DNA of 63,748 nt, filler included, from Octopus bimaculoides (taxonomy: Eukaryota): assembly GCF_001194135.2 (NCBI RefSeq). It is 9 parts of 9 records of this genome, joined end to end, with 100 filler letters (N's around TTAATTAATTAA, not from the genome) between each part and the next. Parts side by side here need not be neighbours in the genome. Positions count along the whole stretch, not along the records: positions 36,244 to 51,505 come from NC_068984.1; 8 more parts are not named here. The stretch is one strand, 5' to 3'. Within the stretch, counting starts at the first letter, position 1. Each line of letters opens with the position of its first letter. The notes below the pieces were generated by a model. That model was given only the letters and a program-made list of their open reading frames with translations, had not been told where the DNA came from and did no database searches. Position numbers and translations under genes: made by a program. Shown piece after piece: positions 38,232 through 50,500 of the stretch.

Positions 38232-38637
38232 GTGTGTACTGGTAGTAGAAATTTCTAATATTTCTAATTACCCTCCGATATTATTAATTATTGGTAATTT
38301 TTCTCGATAATTTTCGAATTTAACGCCAGCATTTTTATTTACTGCCGACAGGGAGCTGCGATTGCGCGGTAGATTAAAAAAATTAGGATGTATAAGCACG
38401 GGGCATATACTAGATTTCCTCGTGTATAAATGTTTAATCTGGGTGTACCTGCTGATGAAGACTTCGCCTGGCAAATTATTTTATTTGCTAAAACAAGTCA
38501 AAAACCATTGGTCCCGTAACTGGACGGTAAATGATTTTAATTTTCATTCCCTTCGAAATTTTATCCCTAATAGTGGTTTGGAACTTAGCTGTTGGATACC
38601 TTTTGCGTGTCTAAATGTGCACAGTATTTATATGAGA

Positions 38638-38674
<37 letters not shown>

Positions 38675-38814
38675 CAAGTTGCATAAAACCTAATCAATCT
38701 GTTTTTAACTATAATATCAATAAAATTAATAATTTCAAGTTTCGGCACTATTTTGGTGAAGCGGTAAGGCAGTTATGCCTAGAATAGGTATGAAGGCCTG
38801 ACATTTTTCACTTA

Positions 38815-39206
38815 TTCTCTCTACATCAGAGAAGAGTAAAGGCGAAGTCGACCTCGATGGAATTTTGAACTCAGAGCGCAAAGACGAGCAAAATACCCGC
38901 CAAGCATTTTTCACTGCACGTTAACGATTCTGCCAGCACGGCGACTTAATAATAATATTATTTTCTAGTAAAGGCACAAGGCCTGACATTTGGGGGAGGT
39001 ACTTAGTTTATCGACCCCGAAAGGAGGAAAGGCAAAGCCATTCTCGGCGGAATTTGATCTCAGAACATAGTGACAGACGATATTCCGCTAGGCATTTCGC
39101 CCTGCGTGCTAACAATAATAATCCTTTATACTATAGGCACAAAGCCTGAATTTTTGCGGGACTGGGCCACTCGATTACATTGACTCCAGTGTTTCACTGG
39201 TACTTA
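38815..39206 (-). mobile_element. Three tandem family C SINE pieces separated by short (AAT)n
   Basis: aaaggcgaagtcgacctcgatggaattttgaactcag; atcgaccccgaaaggaggaaaggcaaagcc...gatctcagaac; ggcacaaagcctgaattttt...tcgattacattgactccag. Confidence 0.8.
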
Positions 39207-39220
39207 TCGTGTGTGTGTGT

Positions 39221-39273
<53 letters not shown>

Positions 39274-39882
39274 TATTAAACTTTTAGAAAGAAAATGCTC
39301 AGGTGTCGATTTACTTGCTTTCGTCATCCTCTCTGATGAAGCTGTAGCCTGAAGTCACTGTCAATTTTTTATTTCTAAAACTTCAATTAAACATGTAAGT
39401 CATTAAAAATTATTAAGTAGTCAAGCAGTTTAATCGAAAATTGTTTTTATGCATAACTTGACATAAAATTAAGGAGGAAGTGTTGAATAGGAGGGAGAGG
39501 GGGGAGGACGGAGGGAAAGGACGGAGAGGTGGGAGGTGGGAATGGGGGAGAGGGGGTAGATATAGGGAAGAAGGAGCAGTTGAAGGAAAAGTGGGGAAGA
39601 GTGTGAGAGTGAGAGGGTGGGAGAGAGAGAGAGAGAGAGAGAAAAAGAGAGACAGAGACGGACAAACAAGCAAATAAAATGGAGAAATTAAAATGCAGAG
39701 TTGAAGACATTTATAGATAGATATGCATAGATATGCATGTGTGTGTGTGTGTATAAATATGTATGTCTTTATGTATGAACGCATGCGTACGCATATGTAT
39801 GAATGAGTATGCATGTATATACGAAAACATAGCCTCGGTACGTAAGCCGACTCAAAAAATCTCCAGTGAGACTTTTTATTGA

Positions 39883-39926
39883 TGTACCTGAAGAGACCCA
39901 GAACGGGTCGAAACATGTGTTGTACA
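39883..39926 (+). ncRNA. Minimal type I hammerhead ribozyme motif (PLE-associated type)
   Basis: tgtac CTGAAGA gaccc-agaac-gggtc GAAA c-atgt-g TT gtaca: stem I 5 bp, intact CUGANGA and GAAA core, stem II 5 bp, minimal stem III containing palindromic ACATGT; AATAAA follows at 39928. Confidence 0.7.
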
Positions 39927-40329
39927 CAATAAAGTCTATTAGACATTCTATCTCCTATTTTATTAATACTGTTACGCAACTACAAAGTTCCTGCAGTAAA
40001 TCTACGGATAACAACAGGTAATCAAAACTGTGCCGGTGCTTTACTCATCATCCATTTATACATTTTGTACAATTTCTTCATTATATATATATATTAGTTT
40101 TTCCTTGGGGCTGGCCAGAATGGAGCAATGTCGAGTATAACCAGCCGAAATTGCAAAGATAATCTGGAACTCGACTGAGGAAAGAAAACTCCGAATGACC
40201 CGTCTTTGTTTTCTTTCGATCGTCTATCTGGATATTTTGTTGTTCCTTTTTTGTATCACCTAACTGTCTGGATACTTTGCGTCCTTGTCCCATTGTCCCA
40301 TTTTGTATTATGTATATATAAAAATTTAC

Positions 40330-41572
40330 AGAAAAGCAAAAGACGAAGCCAGGTGTATAAACAACAAGCAGGTATATTAGTTTGACGCTCGGGAGTGTGA
40401 GAAAGTATTTTATGTTTCGAGCCTACGCTCTTCAACAGAAAGGAACACGGGGAAATAAACAGAGAGAGAATGAATAGAAACTTGCGGATTTAGCGGTCAA
40501 TCATGGCGACTGGTTGGAAAAAGGTAGTTGGACGGGAGAGATTGGAAGAAGGGGAGATAATAAAGTACCGGTGATCCTAATATGAAGGTGCGCGTTGTTT
40601 GTGTATGTGAAAGTGTGTCAGTGTGTGTGTGTGGATAGAGATTAGTGACAGACGTATGAATGTGTGCGTGTGTGCGTCTCGAATGCGTGCGTGTGTGGTT
40701 GATGGTGTGGGTGCTGGGAAGTGGGAAGTGCGAGGAGTCGTGTGGGATGCTGTGATGTGGTTTGGAAGTATGGTAGTGTGTGGTGTGATGTGGGGATGTT
40801 GGATGTGAGGGTGGGGTGTTGGCTTGGAGTGAGGATGTGGGGTTTAGGATGTAGGGTGGGGTGAGAATTGTGGTGGAGTGGTGTAGGGGTTTAGTGTGTG
40901 GAAGTGGGATGGGTGTGGTGTGGGTGGAGGAGAGTATCAATGAAGGGAGGAGGTGGGTAGGAGTGAAAAGAGGAAGTGCGTCACAGGGCTACAGAGGAGA
41001 GGTGGGTAGGAGTAACGAGAGGAAGTGGGTGTCAGATGAAGAGAGGAGAGGATGGGAATCAGATGAAGAGGGAAGGGGAGTTGAACCCATGTGGTGGATA
41101 GAAACGAAGAGAGAAGATTATTACTTGTTCACGGCGAAGGCAGGAGTCCGGATGGCCCCTGTGCAAAGACAATCTGAACCCAGACAGGTGTTGTAATGAA
41201 TGACCGGTAAAGCGGAAATGGCACGAGACCGGGATGTCATTGCAGAGTCTAATGTCTCGGAGATGTTCCGCGAACCAGTCACCTAAGCGGCGTCCCGTTT
41301 GACCGATGTGCAGAGATGGGCAGAAAGAGCAGGATATGCAATAAATGACGTTGCTAGAAGTGCAGGTAAAGGAGTCAGTGATATGATAGGGACGATGATG
41401 GGTGCCCGTGAGGATGATGCTGGTGTTGGAGAGGTAGGGGCAAGTGCGGCAGCGTAGGCGGGAGCTGAGGAAGGAGCTAGGTTGGGCGGTGAGGTTAGCG
41501 AAGAAACTGTGAACCAGGAGGTCACGTAGGTTCTGAGCTCGTTTGAAGGAGGGAAGGGGTAGGTTGGGGAAG
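40330..41572 (-). mobile_element. Neptune-like Penelope element 3' part with stop-free GIY-YIG endonuclease frame (41059-41572) and terminal region
   Basis: FKRAQNLRDLLVHS...RCRTCPYL...ITDSFTCTSSNVIYCISCSFCPSLHIGQTGRRLGDWFAEHLRDIR...HFRFTGHS...REQVIIFSLRFYPPHGFN; C-rich downstream region; hammerhead-like motif at 40407-40442. Confidence 0.88.
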
Positions 41573-41624
41573 TTGTGTGTGTGTGTGTGTGTGTGTGTGT
41601 TTATGTGTGTGTGACTTTGTGCCT

Positions 41625-42135
41625 GTGTCTGTCCTCACTCGAACTCTTCGACTAAAAGGCGGTGCTCCAGCATAACCGCAATCAAATGACTGAAACAAAT
41701 AAAAGAATAAAGGAATACGTGTGTATATTTCCAAGTATGTGTGGGTCCACGTGGTTTTGCTTGTTGCATTCATGATCGTAAGATTGTGGTTTTTATTCTT
41801 AAGCCGGACGATTGGTTGTGTCCTTGAGCAAGATACTTCATTTCACGTCGCTCCAGCTCGCCCAGGTGAGAAAAATGACTAATTCTGGGACGGACCGAGT
41901 TGAGTGGGTTTAGTGTATACACCATAGAATCTGGCCTTGAAAGACCTTTTCTTTTAGATTTCAGTCATTTGACTGCTACCATACTGGAGCACATTTAGTC
42001 GAACAAATCGACCCAAGGACTTATTCTTTGTAAGCCTAGTACTTATTCTATTGGTCTCTTTTGCCGAACTACTAGGTTACGAGGACGCAGACACACCAAC
42101 ATCGGATGTCAAGGTTGGGGGACTAACAGAGACTC
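41625..42135. mobile_element. SINE fragments: B tail (+, 41625-41712), CORE-like fragment (+, 41790-41880), B tail (-, 41950-42135)
   Basis: cgactaaaaggcggtgctccagcataaccgc; ttgtgtccttgagcaagatacttcatttcacgtcgctccag; ttattctttgtaagcctagtacttattcta. Confidence 0.8.
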
Positions 42136-42206
42136 ACAAGCATATTCACTCACACACATACATATACATATATATACATACATAAATATATATATATATA
42201 TACATG

Positions 42207-42238
<32 letters not shown>

Positions 42239-42909
42239 CATATNNNNNNNNNNNNNNNNNNNNNNNNNNNNNNNNNNNNNNNNNNNNNNNNNNNNNNNNN
42301 NNNNNNNNNNNNNNNNNNNNNNNNNNNNNNNNNNNNNNNNNNNNNNNNNNNNNNNNNNNNNNNNNNNNNNNNNNNNNNNNNNNNNNNNNNNNNNNNNNNN
42401 NNNNNNNNNNNNNNNNNNNNNNNNNNNNNNNNNNNNNNNNNNNNNNNNNNNNNNNNNNNNNNNNNNNNNNNNNNNNNNNNNNNNNNNNNNNNNNNNNNNN
42501 NNNNNNNNNNNNNNNNNNNNNNNNNNNNNNNNNNNNNNNNNNNNNNNNNNNNNNNNNNNNNNNNNNNNNNNNNNNNNNNNNNNNNNNNNNNNNNNNNNNN
42601 NNNNNNNNNNNNNNNNNNNNNNNNNNNNNNNNNNNNNNNNNNNNNNNNNNNNNNNNNNNNNNNNNNNNNNNNNNNNNNNNNNNNNNNNNNNNNNNNNNNN
42701 NNNNNNNNNNNNNNNNNNNNNNNNNNNNNNNNNNNNNNNNNNNNNNNNNNNNNNNNNNNNNNNNNNNNNNNNNNNNNNNNNNNNNNNNNNNNNNNNNNNN
42801 NNNNNNNNNNNNNNNNNNNNNNNNNNNNNNNNNNNNNNNNNNNNNNNNNNNNNNNNNNNNNNNNNNNNNNNNTATATATGTGCACTCGCGCGTGTGCGTA
42901 AATGTATGT

Positions 42910-42949
<40 letters not shown>

Positions 42950-43651
42950 ATGTGTGTCTGTATGTTTCTGAGTGAGTGTGTATGCATGCATGTATTCATA
43001 AAATTGTCTTTGTGTGTTGATGTATGTATCACTATTTATGTGTATATATACATGCATGTCTCTATTTGTCTGCGTGTGGGTGTGTATGTGTATGCGTGTG
43101 CGTCCGCGTGTCATTGTCAGTATACATACGTATGTTTCTGTGAATTCGTGTGTGCATGTGTGTGTGTATGTGTATGTGTGTATTTACGTTATTTTGTGTG
43201 TGTTTGTGTTTGAGTATGTGTTTATGTGTCGATGTTGATTCGGTAAACTTTTGACCATGTTCAAGTCCAATAGAAAGCGCTGGAGGAGACAGAGCAAGTT
43301 GCTATCGGTTTTCCCCATCACAGCGGAATGCTTGATCTTAGGTGGTCAGGTCCAGTCGAACCACATTTATAACACAACTAGAAACATCTCAGTTGACGTT
43401 TTTTCAATTAGTTAACTGTCAGTTGTGAATATGATTCCGAGAGGCCGAGTACTTTCTCCAACCGCTTCGCACACTTAACACTTAAACGTCTCCGTCGCCG
43501 TCGACGACATCATCATTATCATAATCGTCATCATCATCATCATCATAATCATAATCATCGTCATCATCATCATCATCATCATTGTAACTACTATTGAATG
43601 ATGCAAACACAGCTTCATTTTCAGATAGTCATATTATCACACTAGGTAATG

Positions 43652-43718
<67 letters not shown>

Positions 43719-44136
43719 NNNNNNNNNNNNNNNNNNNNNNNNNNNNNNNNNNNNNNNNNNNNNNNNNNNNNNNNNNNNNNNNNNNNNNNNNNNNNNNNNN
43801 NNNNNNNNNNNNNNNNNNNNNNNNNNNNNNNNNNNNNNNNNNNNNNNNNNNNNNNNNNNNNNNNNNNNNNNNNNNNNNNNNNNNNNNNNNNNNNNNNNNN
43901 NNNNNNNNNNNNNNNNNNNNNNNNNNNNNNNNNNNNNNNNNNNNNNNNNNNNNNNNNNNNNNNNNNNNNNNNNNNNNNNNNNNNNNNNNNNNNNNNNNNN
44001 NNNNNNNNNNNNNNNNNNNNNNNNNNNNNNNNNNNNNNNNNNNNNNNNNNNNNNNNNNNNNNNTATGTATACACACATAGATACATATAAATGTATATAT
44101 GTGTGTATATGTATATATATGTATATATATATATAT

Positions 44137-44190
<54 letters not shown>

Positions 44191-44636
44191 GCACAGATAT
44201 TATATGTATGTATGTGTGCGTGTATTTACGTACATGTATTGACACACACGTACTTGTACATCATTGATTCGATTATGCGAGGGAGAACTCAATCATTATA
44301 GATGTTGTGAGTATTAGTCTATCATATAAAATGAATATATACATACATACATACGCATACATACATACGCATGGTCATTGCAATTTGAGAAGTCAAAAAT
44401 AAGAGAACGCTCCTGTATACGAAATTTAAAGACAAAAAGTGTTCTTTTACAAGATGTATTAAGAACTAACGGTATTAAGATTACCAACCGTTTCAAACCA
44501 TGGTAAAATGGCTTTTCATAGGCCTTGCTGTAGTGCAGGGTACTGGATCACAAAATTATATGTATATATATATATTTTTTTTCAACATGTTGGACCGTTA
44601 ACCCCTACAGCTTTTTGTTCGCTCTCTCTATCTCTC

Positions 44637-44683
<47 letters not shown>

Positions 44684-45203
44684 NNNNNNNNNNNNNNNNN
44701 NNNNNNNNNNNNNNNNNNNNNNNNNNNNNNNNNNNNNNNNNNNNNNNNNNNNNNNNNNNNNNNNNNNNNNNNNNNNNNNNNNNNNNNNNNNNNNNNNNNN
44801 NNNNNNNNNNNNNNNNNNNNNNNNNNNNNNNNNNNNNNNNNNNNNNNNNNNNNNNNNNNNNNNNNNNNNNNNNNNNNNNNNNNNNNNNNNNNNNNNNNNN
44901 NNNNNNNNNNNNNNNNNNNNNNNNNNNNNNNNNNNNNNNNNNNNNNNNNNNNNNNNNNNNNNNNNNNNNNNNNNNNNNNNNNNNNNNNNNNNNNNNNNNN
45001 NNNNNNNNNNNNNNNNNNNNNNNNNNNNNNNNNNNNNNNNNNNNNNNNNNNNNNNNNNNNNNNNNNNNNNNNNNNNNNNNNNNNNNNNNNNNNNNNNNNN
45101 NNNNNNNNNNNNNNNNNNNNNNNNNNNNNNNNNNNNNNNNNNNNNNNNNNNNNNNNNNNNNNNNNNNNNNNNNNNNNNNNNNNNNNNNNNNNNNNNNNNN
45201 ATA

Positions 45204-45239
<36 letters not shown>

Positions 45240-45659
45240 TGTATGTATGTATGTATGTATCTATTATAAACACATATGTCTTTGCGTGTGTGGGGGATAT
45301 GAATCAAAAATGAAAATGACACGGGAATAAGTAAGCGCATTAAGCTAACTATTCATACGCATACACACACAAACACACAAGAACACGCGTAGAAGGACAC
45401 ACACATACACACATGTGTGATTTCCCCACTGCTTTCGTCAACTAAATTTCATCCACAATGCAAGCGTTAAACCGTCTCTGTTCTGGTAAAAAAAAAAAAT
45501 TGCCTCCTGGCGACGAGCAATATACTCTGTGACTGTGGCGTAATAAAAAATTCTGCTGCAATAAAATTCAGTGGCCATCAAATACTGAAGTGGTCGTAAT
45601 AGGCTAAACCTTTCCTCACACATAATTTGTGACTTGTGTCTGTATAAGATAATTTTCCC

Positions 45660-45850
45660 TACTTTTTGCAGAACACCGGCAGTTTTGAGGGGAGGAGCGT
45701 GTCGGTTACATAGACTTCAGTGTTTAGCAGGTGATTTATCAAACGATGAAAATTAAAGTCAACCTCGGTGGAATATTAAGGCAGAACTTAAAGAGCAGAA
45801 CACCGTTAAGCATCTTGTACAGCCGTAATGATTCTTCCAACCAGCCGCCT
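45660..45850 (-). mobile_element. Degraded family C SINE
   Basis: acgatgaaaattaaagtcaacctcggtggaatattaaggcagaac...gattcttccaaccagccgcct. Confidence 0.7.
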
Positions 45851-45865
45851 TCGTCTTTATAAGAT

Positions 45866-46250
45866 GTCGTCGTGTCGTGGCACTCCGTCGGTTACGACGA
45901 CAAGGGTTCTAGTTGATCCGTACAGCCTGCTCGCGAAATTAACATGCAAGTGGCTGAGCACTCCACAGACACGTGTACCCTTAACGTAGTTCTCGGGGGA
46001 GATTCAGCGTGACACAGTGTGACAAGACTGGCCTTTTGAAATACAGGTACAACAGAAACAGGAAGTAAGAGTGAGAGAAAGTTGTGGTGAAAGAGTACGG
46101 CAGGGTTCGCCACCATCCCCTGCCGGAGCCTCGTGGAGCTTTAGGTGTTTTCGCTCAATAAACACTTACAACGCCCGGTCTGGGAATCGAAACAGCGATG
46201 CTACGACCGCGAGTCCGCTGCCCTAACCACTGGGCCATTGAGCCTCCACC
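45866..46250 (-). mobile_element. Full-length family D SINE with TSD tataagat
   Basis: Matches other D copies; tataagat at 45858-45865 and 46253-46260. Confidence 0.9.
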
Positions 46251-46289
46251 TGTATAAGATAATGAAAGAGGAAAGAAGCAAAAAACAGT

Positions 46290-46480
46290 AAATTCTTTTG
46301 TACTCTAGGCACACGGCCCGAAATTTTTGGGGAGAGCGCCAGTCGATTAAATCGATCCCAGTACACAACCGGTACTTAATTTATCGACCCCGAGAAGATG
46401 AACTCAGAACGTAACGGCAGACGAAATACCAATAAACATTTCGCCCGGCGTGCTACCGTTTCTGCCATCTCGCCGCCTTT
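46290..46480 (-). mobile_element. Family C SINE with internal deletion
   Basis: tactctaggcacacggcccgaaattttt...ttatcgaccccgagaagatg|aactcagaacgtaacggcagacgaaatacc...tctcgccgcctt. Confidence 0.85.
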
Positions 46481-47530
46481 AACCGTCTTAAATAATGTTA
46501 GATCGGACAACATAGATTCTGAATTACAAGAAATTGAAATATTAACTTAACATTTTTGATTATAGGATCGCTCGATAAAGGTGGACCTAGGGTTAAAGAG
46601 CAACAGCAATAATCATTTCGGTGATGATTTTACACAAAACCATCGCTCCTGCTTCTGCTGCTGCTGTTGTTGTTGTTGTTATTGTTGCTGCTTTCGTTGC
46701 TGCTGTTAATACTATCATTATCGTTGTTCTTTGGCCTTAAGGACATCTATGATCAAAAGCATTTCACAAATTCCATCAGTTGTTTCGACATTATATATCC
46801 AAACTCATTATCTAGTGTAACCCTCCTTTTTTAAGGTGATGGGTTACGGTATGAGGACGATTCTGGCTAGCATTTCTATCAGGTTGATTGACTGCATATC
46901 GGTTCCATTGTTGGCACCAAATTCATTGTCTCCGATGCTTTAGGGAAAATATCTGTTGAACTCATTTTATTTTTCTGAAAGCAATTAATAGTTGCACATC
47001 TGCCAATATCAACACTTGTTACAATGGAGCAAATATTTATGGATATACGGTGTATGAAGTGAAATTTGGAAGAATTTATATTAATTTCTGATTTGATTAT
47101 AGTATAATTGGCCAAAGTTTAATCTTATATCTTGATGAACTTTAGTTATAGATTTCATTGATAGTTAATTAAAACATAATAATTTATGATTAAAATATAG
47201 ACAAAATATTGTTCATTTTTTTTTACCTTACACTTGTTTAATATGTCATACGTAACGACTTTGTTACGTGCAATCCTTAATACAAGTATTATGATGCACG
47301 TGCAATCCTTAATACAAGTATGATGATGCAAACAGTTAAGATAGAACTCAAAATATGAGCATATGCATGTTCACTAATATTTAGCAAAAGCAACAGAGTG
47401 ACTCAAGGTCGGAGATTTTCGTGCGTTAGCACTAAACACGCTGATTAGTGCCAACGCATGAAACTGTTGATCATTGAGTCACTTTGTTGCTTCTTCTAAA
47501 TATCAATAACAATATGTACAAATATCTCTC

Positions 47531-47585
<55 letters not shown>

Positions 47586-47668
47586 CTCCCTTCCTTTATC
47601 CTTATCGTTGCTTTTATTTTTACCCTGTGGCCTCTCCCTCAGAATACTAAGTCAATTTACTGTTTGTG

Positions 47669-47790
47669 AAGGCGGCGAGCTGGCAGAAACGTTAGCACGC
47701 CGGGCGAAATGCTTACCGGTATTTCGTCTGTCTTTTACGTTCTGAGGTCAAATTGTGCCGAGGTTGACTTTGCCTTTCATCCTTTCGGAG
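47669..47790 (+). mobile_element. Family C SINE 5' half
   Basis: aaggcggcgagctggcagaaacgttagcacgccgggcgaaatgcttaccggtatttcgtctgtc...gttgactttgcctttcatcctttcgg. Confidence 0.88.
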
Positions 47791-48010
47791 TCTGTTTCTG
47801 CTTTAATGTGTTTTGGGGTAATGTTAAAGAGAGCGGGGCCAATTGAGGTGAAATAATTGTGCCGTATTGTTGTTATGTGAAGCGAGTATGATTTATGTTG
47901 TGGTCGGATAGCACGAGGTTCAAATTTTGGGTGTATCTTATAGGGGAAGCCAACATCATTTGGGCAATGCTGATAGAATATTTTCCGCATCATGCAGAGG
48001 ATGTAGCGCT
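47790..48010 (-). mobile_element. CR1-like LINE C-terminal fragment
   Basis: KIHPKFEPRAIRP...TIRHNYFTSIGPALFNITPKHIK resembles the post-RT C-terminus of CR1-group elements (..GP.LFN.LP..I). Confidence 0.55.
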
Positions 48011-48511
48011 CATGGTGGCGTTGAAAAGAATAAAGTCAGAGTACAATATGCACCTGTTTGCTTGAAAGAGGAATGACGTTCTCGAAACCACGTATCTCTC
48101 ACTATATGTAAACACCCGCTGAGNNNNNNNNNNNNNNNNNNNNNNNNNNNNNNNNNNNNNNNNNNNNNNNNNNNNNNNNNNNNNNNNNNNNNNNNNNNNN
48201 NNNNNNNNNNNNNNNNNNNNNNNNNNNNNNNNNNNNNNNNNNNNNNNNNNNNNNNNNNNNNNNNNNNNNNNNNNNNNNNNNNNNNNNNNNNNNNNNNNNN
48301 NNNNNNNNNNNNNNNNNNNNNNNNNNNNNNNNNNNNNNNNNNNNNNNNNNNNNNNNNNNNNNNNNNNNNNNNNNNNNNNNNNNNNNNNNNNNNNNNNNNN
48401 NNNNNNNNNNNNNNNNNNNNNNNNNNNNNNNNNNNNNNNNNNNNNNNNNNNNNNNNNNNNNNNNNNNNNNNNNNNNNNNNNNNNNNNNNNNNNNNNNNNN
48501 NNNNNNNNNNN

Positions 48512-48555
<44 letters not shown>

Positions 48556-49487
48556 CATTACTATATATATAGTAATATCTTTTCCTGTAATCAATTGTAT
48601 TCACATATTTAATTGTACTGAGTACTTTAAATATATGTTTTCCGAAATTATAAATATAACTTTATTCTCTCAGGAACTTATATTCTCCTCTGTTAGAATT
48701 AATCCTCTCGTATTCACTTTTGTGATTAATTTCGCAGATCGCGATTTGTGCCTAATTGCACAATTTACATCTGTATTTTATGCGCTGAGTCAAAATAATT
48801 ACTTTAGCTGAATTTTTTCCCCTACATCACTGTATGTGGTTTAATTAAGAATATTCATATCTGGTCGTTAAACAGTTGAATTCTTCGTCTTCTAATGCCG
48901 TATACTTTTGTAAGATATGAGAAATTGAGGGAGTCAAATCTATTGCAAGTATGCAGTTCAGATATTCGATTTAAGAACATTTTTCTTCTCCCATCATCCA
49001 CCAGGTTTGAAGACTCAGAAGATATTCATTGCCTCTTTCCCGACTACTCTGACAATAATAAATAATAAATATGGAAATAAATGGTGTCACAGGTGAAAAA
49101 AGTACGTTGGTTGAATGCTCCGATCGAAATTCGATCTCAATAAGCCATGCATCGCAAACAGGTGCCAGGATCATGAGTTCTTCACAAGTAAATGGCTTCT
49201 AAAGTCATAGCAAAATGGTGAACTTGGGAAATCTATGGGCTGTAAAAACTTGCTACTTGCTACAACACGCAACGAGCAGAAATACACTTCTAGCGTTCTC
49301 TCGAATCACTGCTCGATGATTTTCGTCTGCTTCTAATGAATAATGAGATTTTTTATTACAGAACGTCCATAAGAATTTATCTCTAGACAATTGCTAGAGT
49401 AAATTTGATATTTTACGACGTTTTTGCATTAAGCATGAAACACAGATAATCATGTTTATGTAGGCATGTGAGTGAGTACGAGTGTGC

Positions 49488-49526
<39 letters not shown>

Positions 49527-49544
49527 NNNNNNNNNNGCATATAT

Positions 49545-49866
49545 TATTTCTTTACTGCCCACAAGGGGCTACACACAGAGGGGACAAACAAGGACAAACG
49601 GATGAAGTCGACTATATCGACCACAGTGCGTAACTGGTACTTAATTTATCGACCCCAGAAGGATTAAAGGCAAAGTCGACCTCGGTGGAATTTGAACTCA
49701 GAACGTAACAACAGGCGAAATACCGCTAAGCATTTCGCCCGGCGCGCTAACGTTTCTGCCAGGTCGCCGCCTTCAGTATATATATATATACATATATAAC
49801 CATATATATGTGTGTATGTGTGTGTGTGTGTGTGTGATTGTGTATGTATGTATGAATGTAAGTATT

Positions 49867-49931
<65 letters not shown>

Positions 49932-49934
49932 TCA

Positions 49935-49994
<60 letters not shown>

Positions 49995-50258
49995 TAGTCT
50001 TTTATTTCATTCTTTTCTTTTATTTGTTTCTGCCATTGGACTGAGGCCATGCTGGAGCACCGTCTTTAGTGGAATAAATCGACTCTAGGACTTGTTCTAT
50101 TTAAGGCTTGTACTTATTCTGTCATTCACTTTTGCCGAACTGCTAATTTATGGAAGCATAAACACACCAACATCGGTTGTCAAGCGATGGTGGGGGAACA
50201 AACACAGACATACAAACATATGCATACATACATATGTGTGTGTGTGTGTGTATGTATG

Positions 50259-50303
<45 letters not shown>

Positions 50304-50500
50304 GAGTTAGCAGAATCGTTAACGCGTAAGACAAATTGCTAAGCGGCATTTCTTCCGGGTCTTTTGCTCTTGGGTTCAAATTTGGCCCAGACCAAATTTC
50401 AGTCACTCCTGGACGATGAAGTAGACTGCTAGTGAACTACTAGGGTAGATCAAATCAACCAATCTCTCGTTTCAAAATTGGTGGTCATGTGCCAGAGTTA
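49545..50500. mobile_element. SINE cluster: full family C (-, 49545-49772), B tail (-, 50003-50205), degraded C (+, 50306-50500), with microsatellites between
   Basis: ttctttactgcccacaaggggctacacacagaggggacaaacaaggac...ggcaaagtcgacctcggtggaatttgaactcagaacg; gccatgctggagcaccg...ttgccgaactgct; ttgggttcaaatttggccc. Confidence 0.85.

Noticed and set aside
39332-39365. CTGATGA agctgtagcct GAAG as another hammerhead
   Set aside because: GAAA is broken, stem II is imperfect and there is no stem I partner.
40085-40300. Repeat-like segment next to the Neptune element as a hammerhead (CTGAGGA...GAAT)
   Set aside because: Core spacing and stems do not fit; left unclassified.
48990-49110. Plus-strand acceptor followed by FEDSEDIHCLFPDYSDNNK*
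   Set aside because: An isolated splice-like signal with a short unrecognised peptide and no partner exon.
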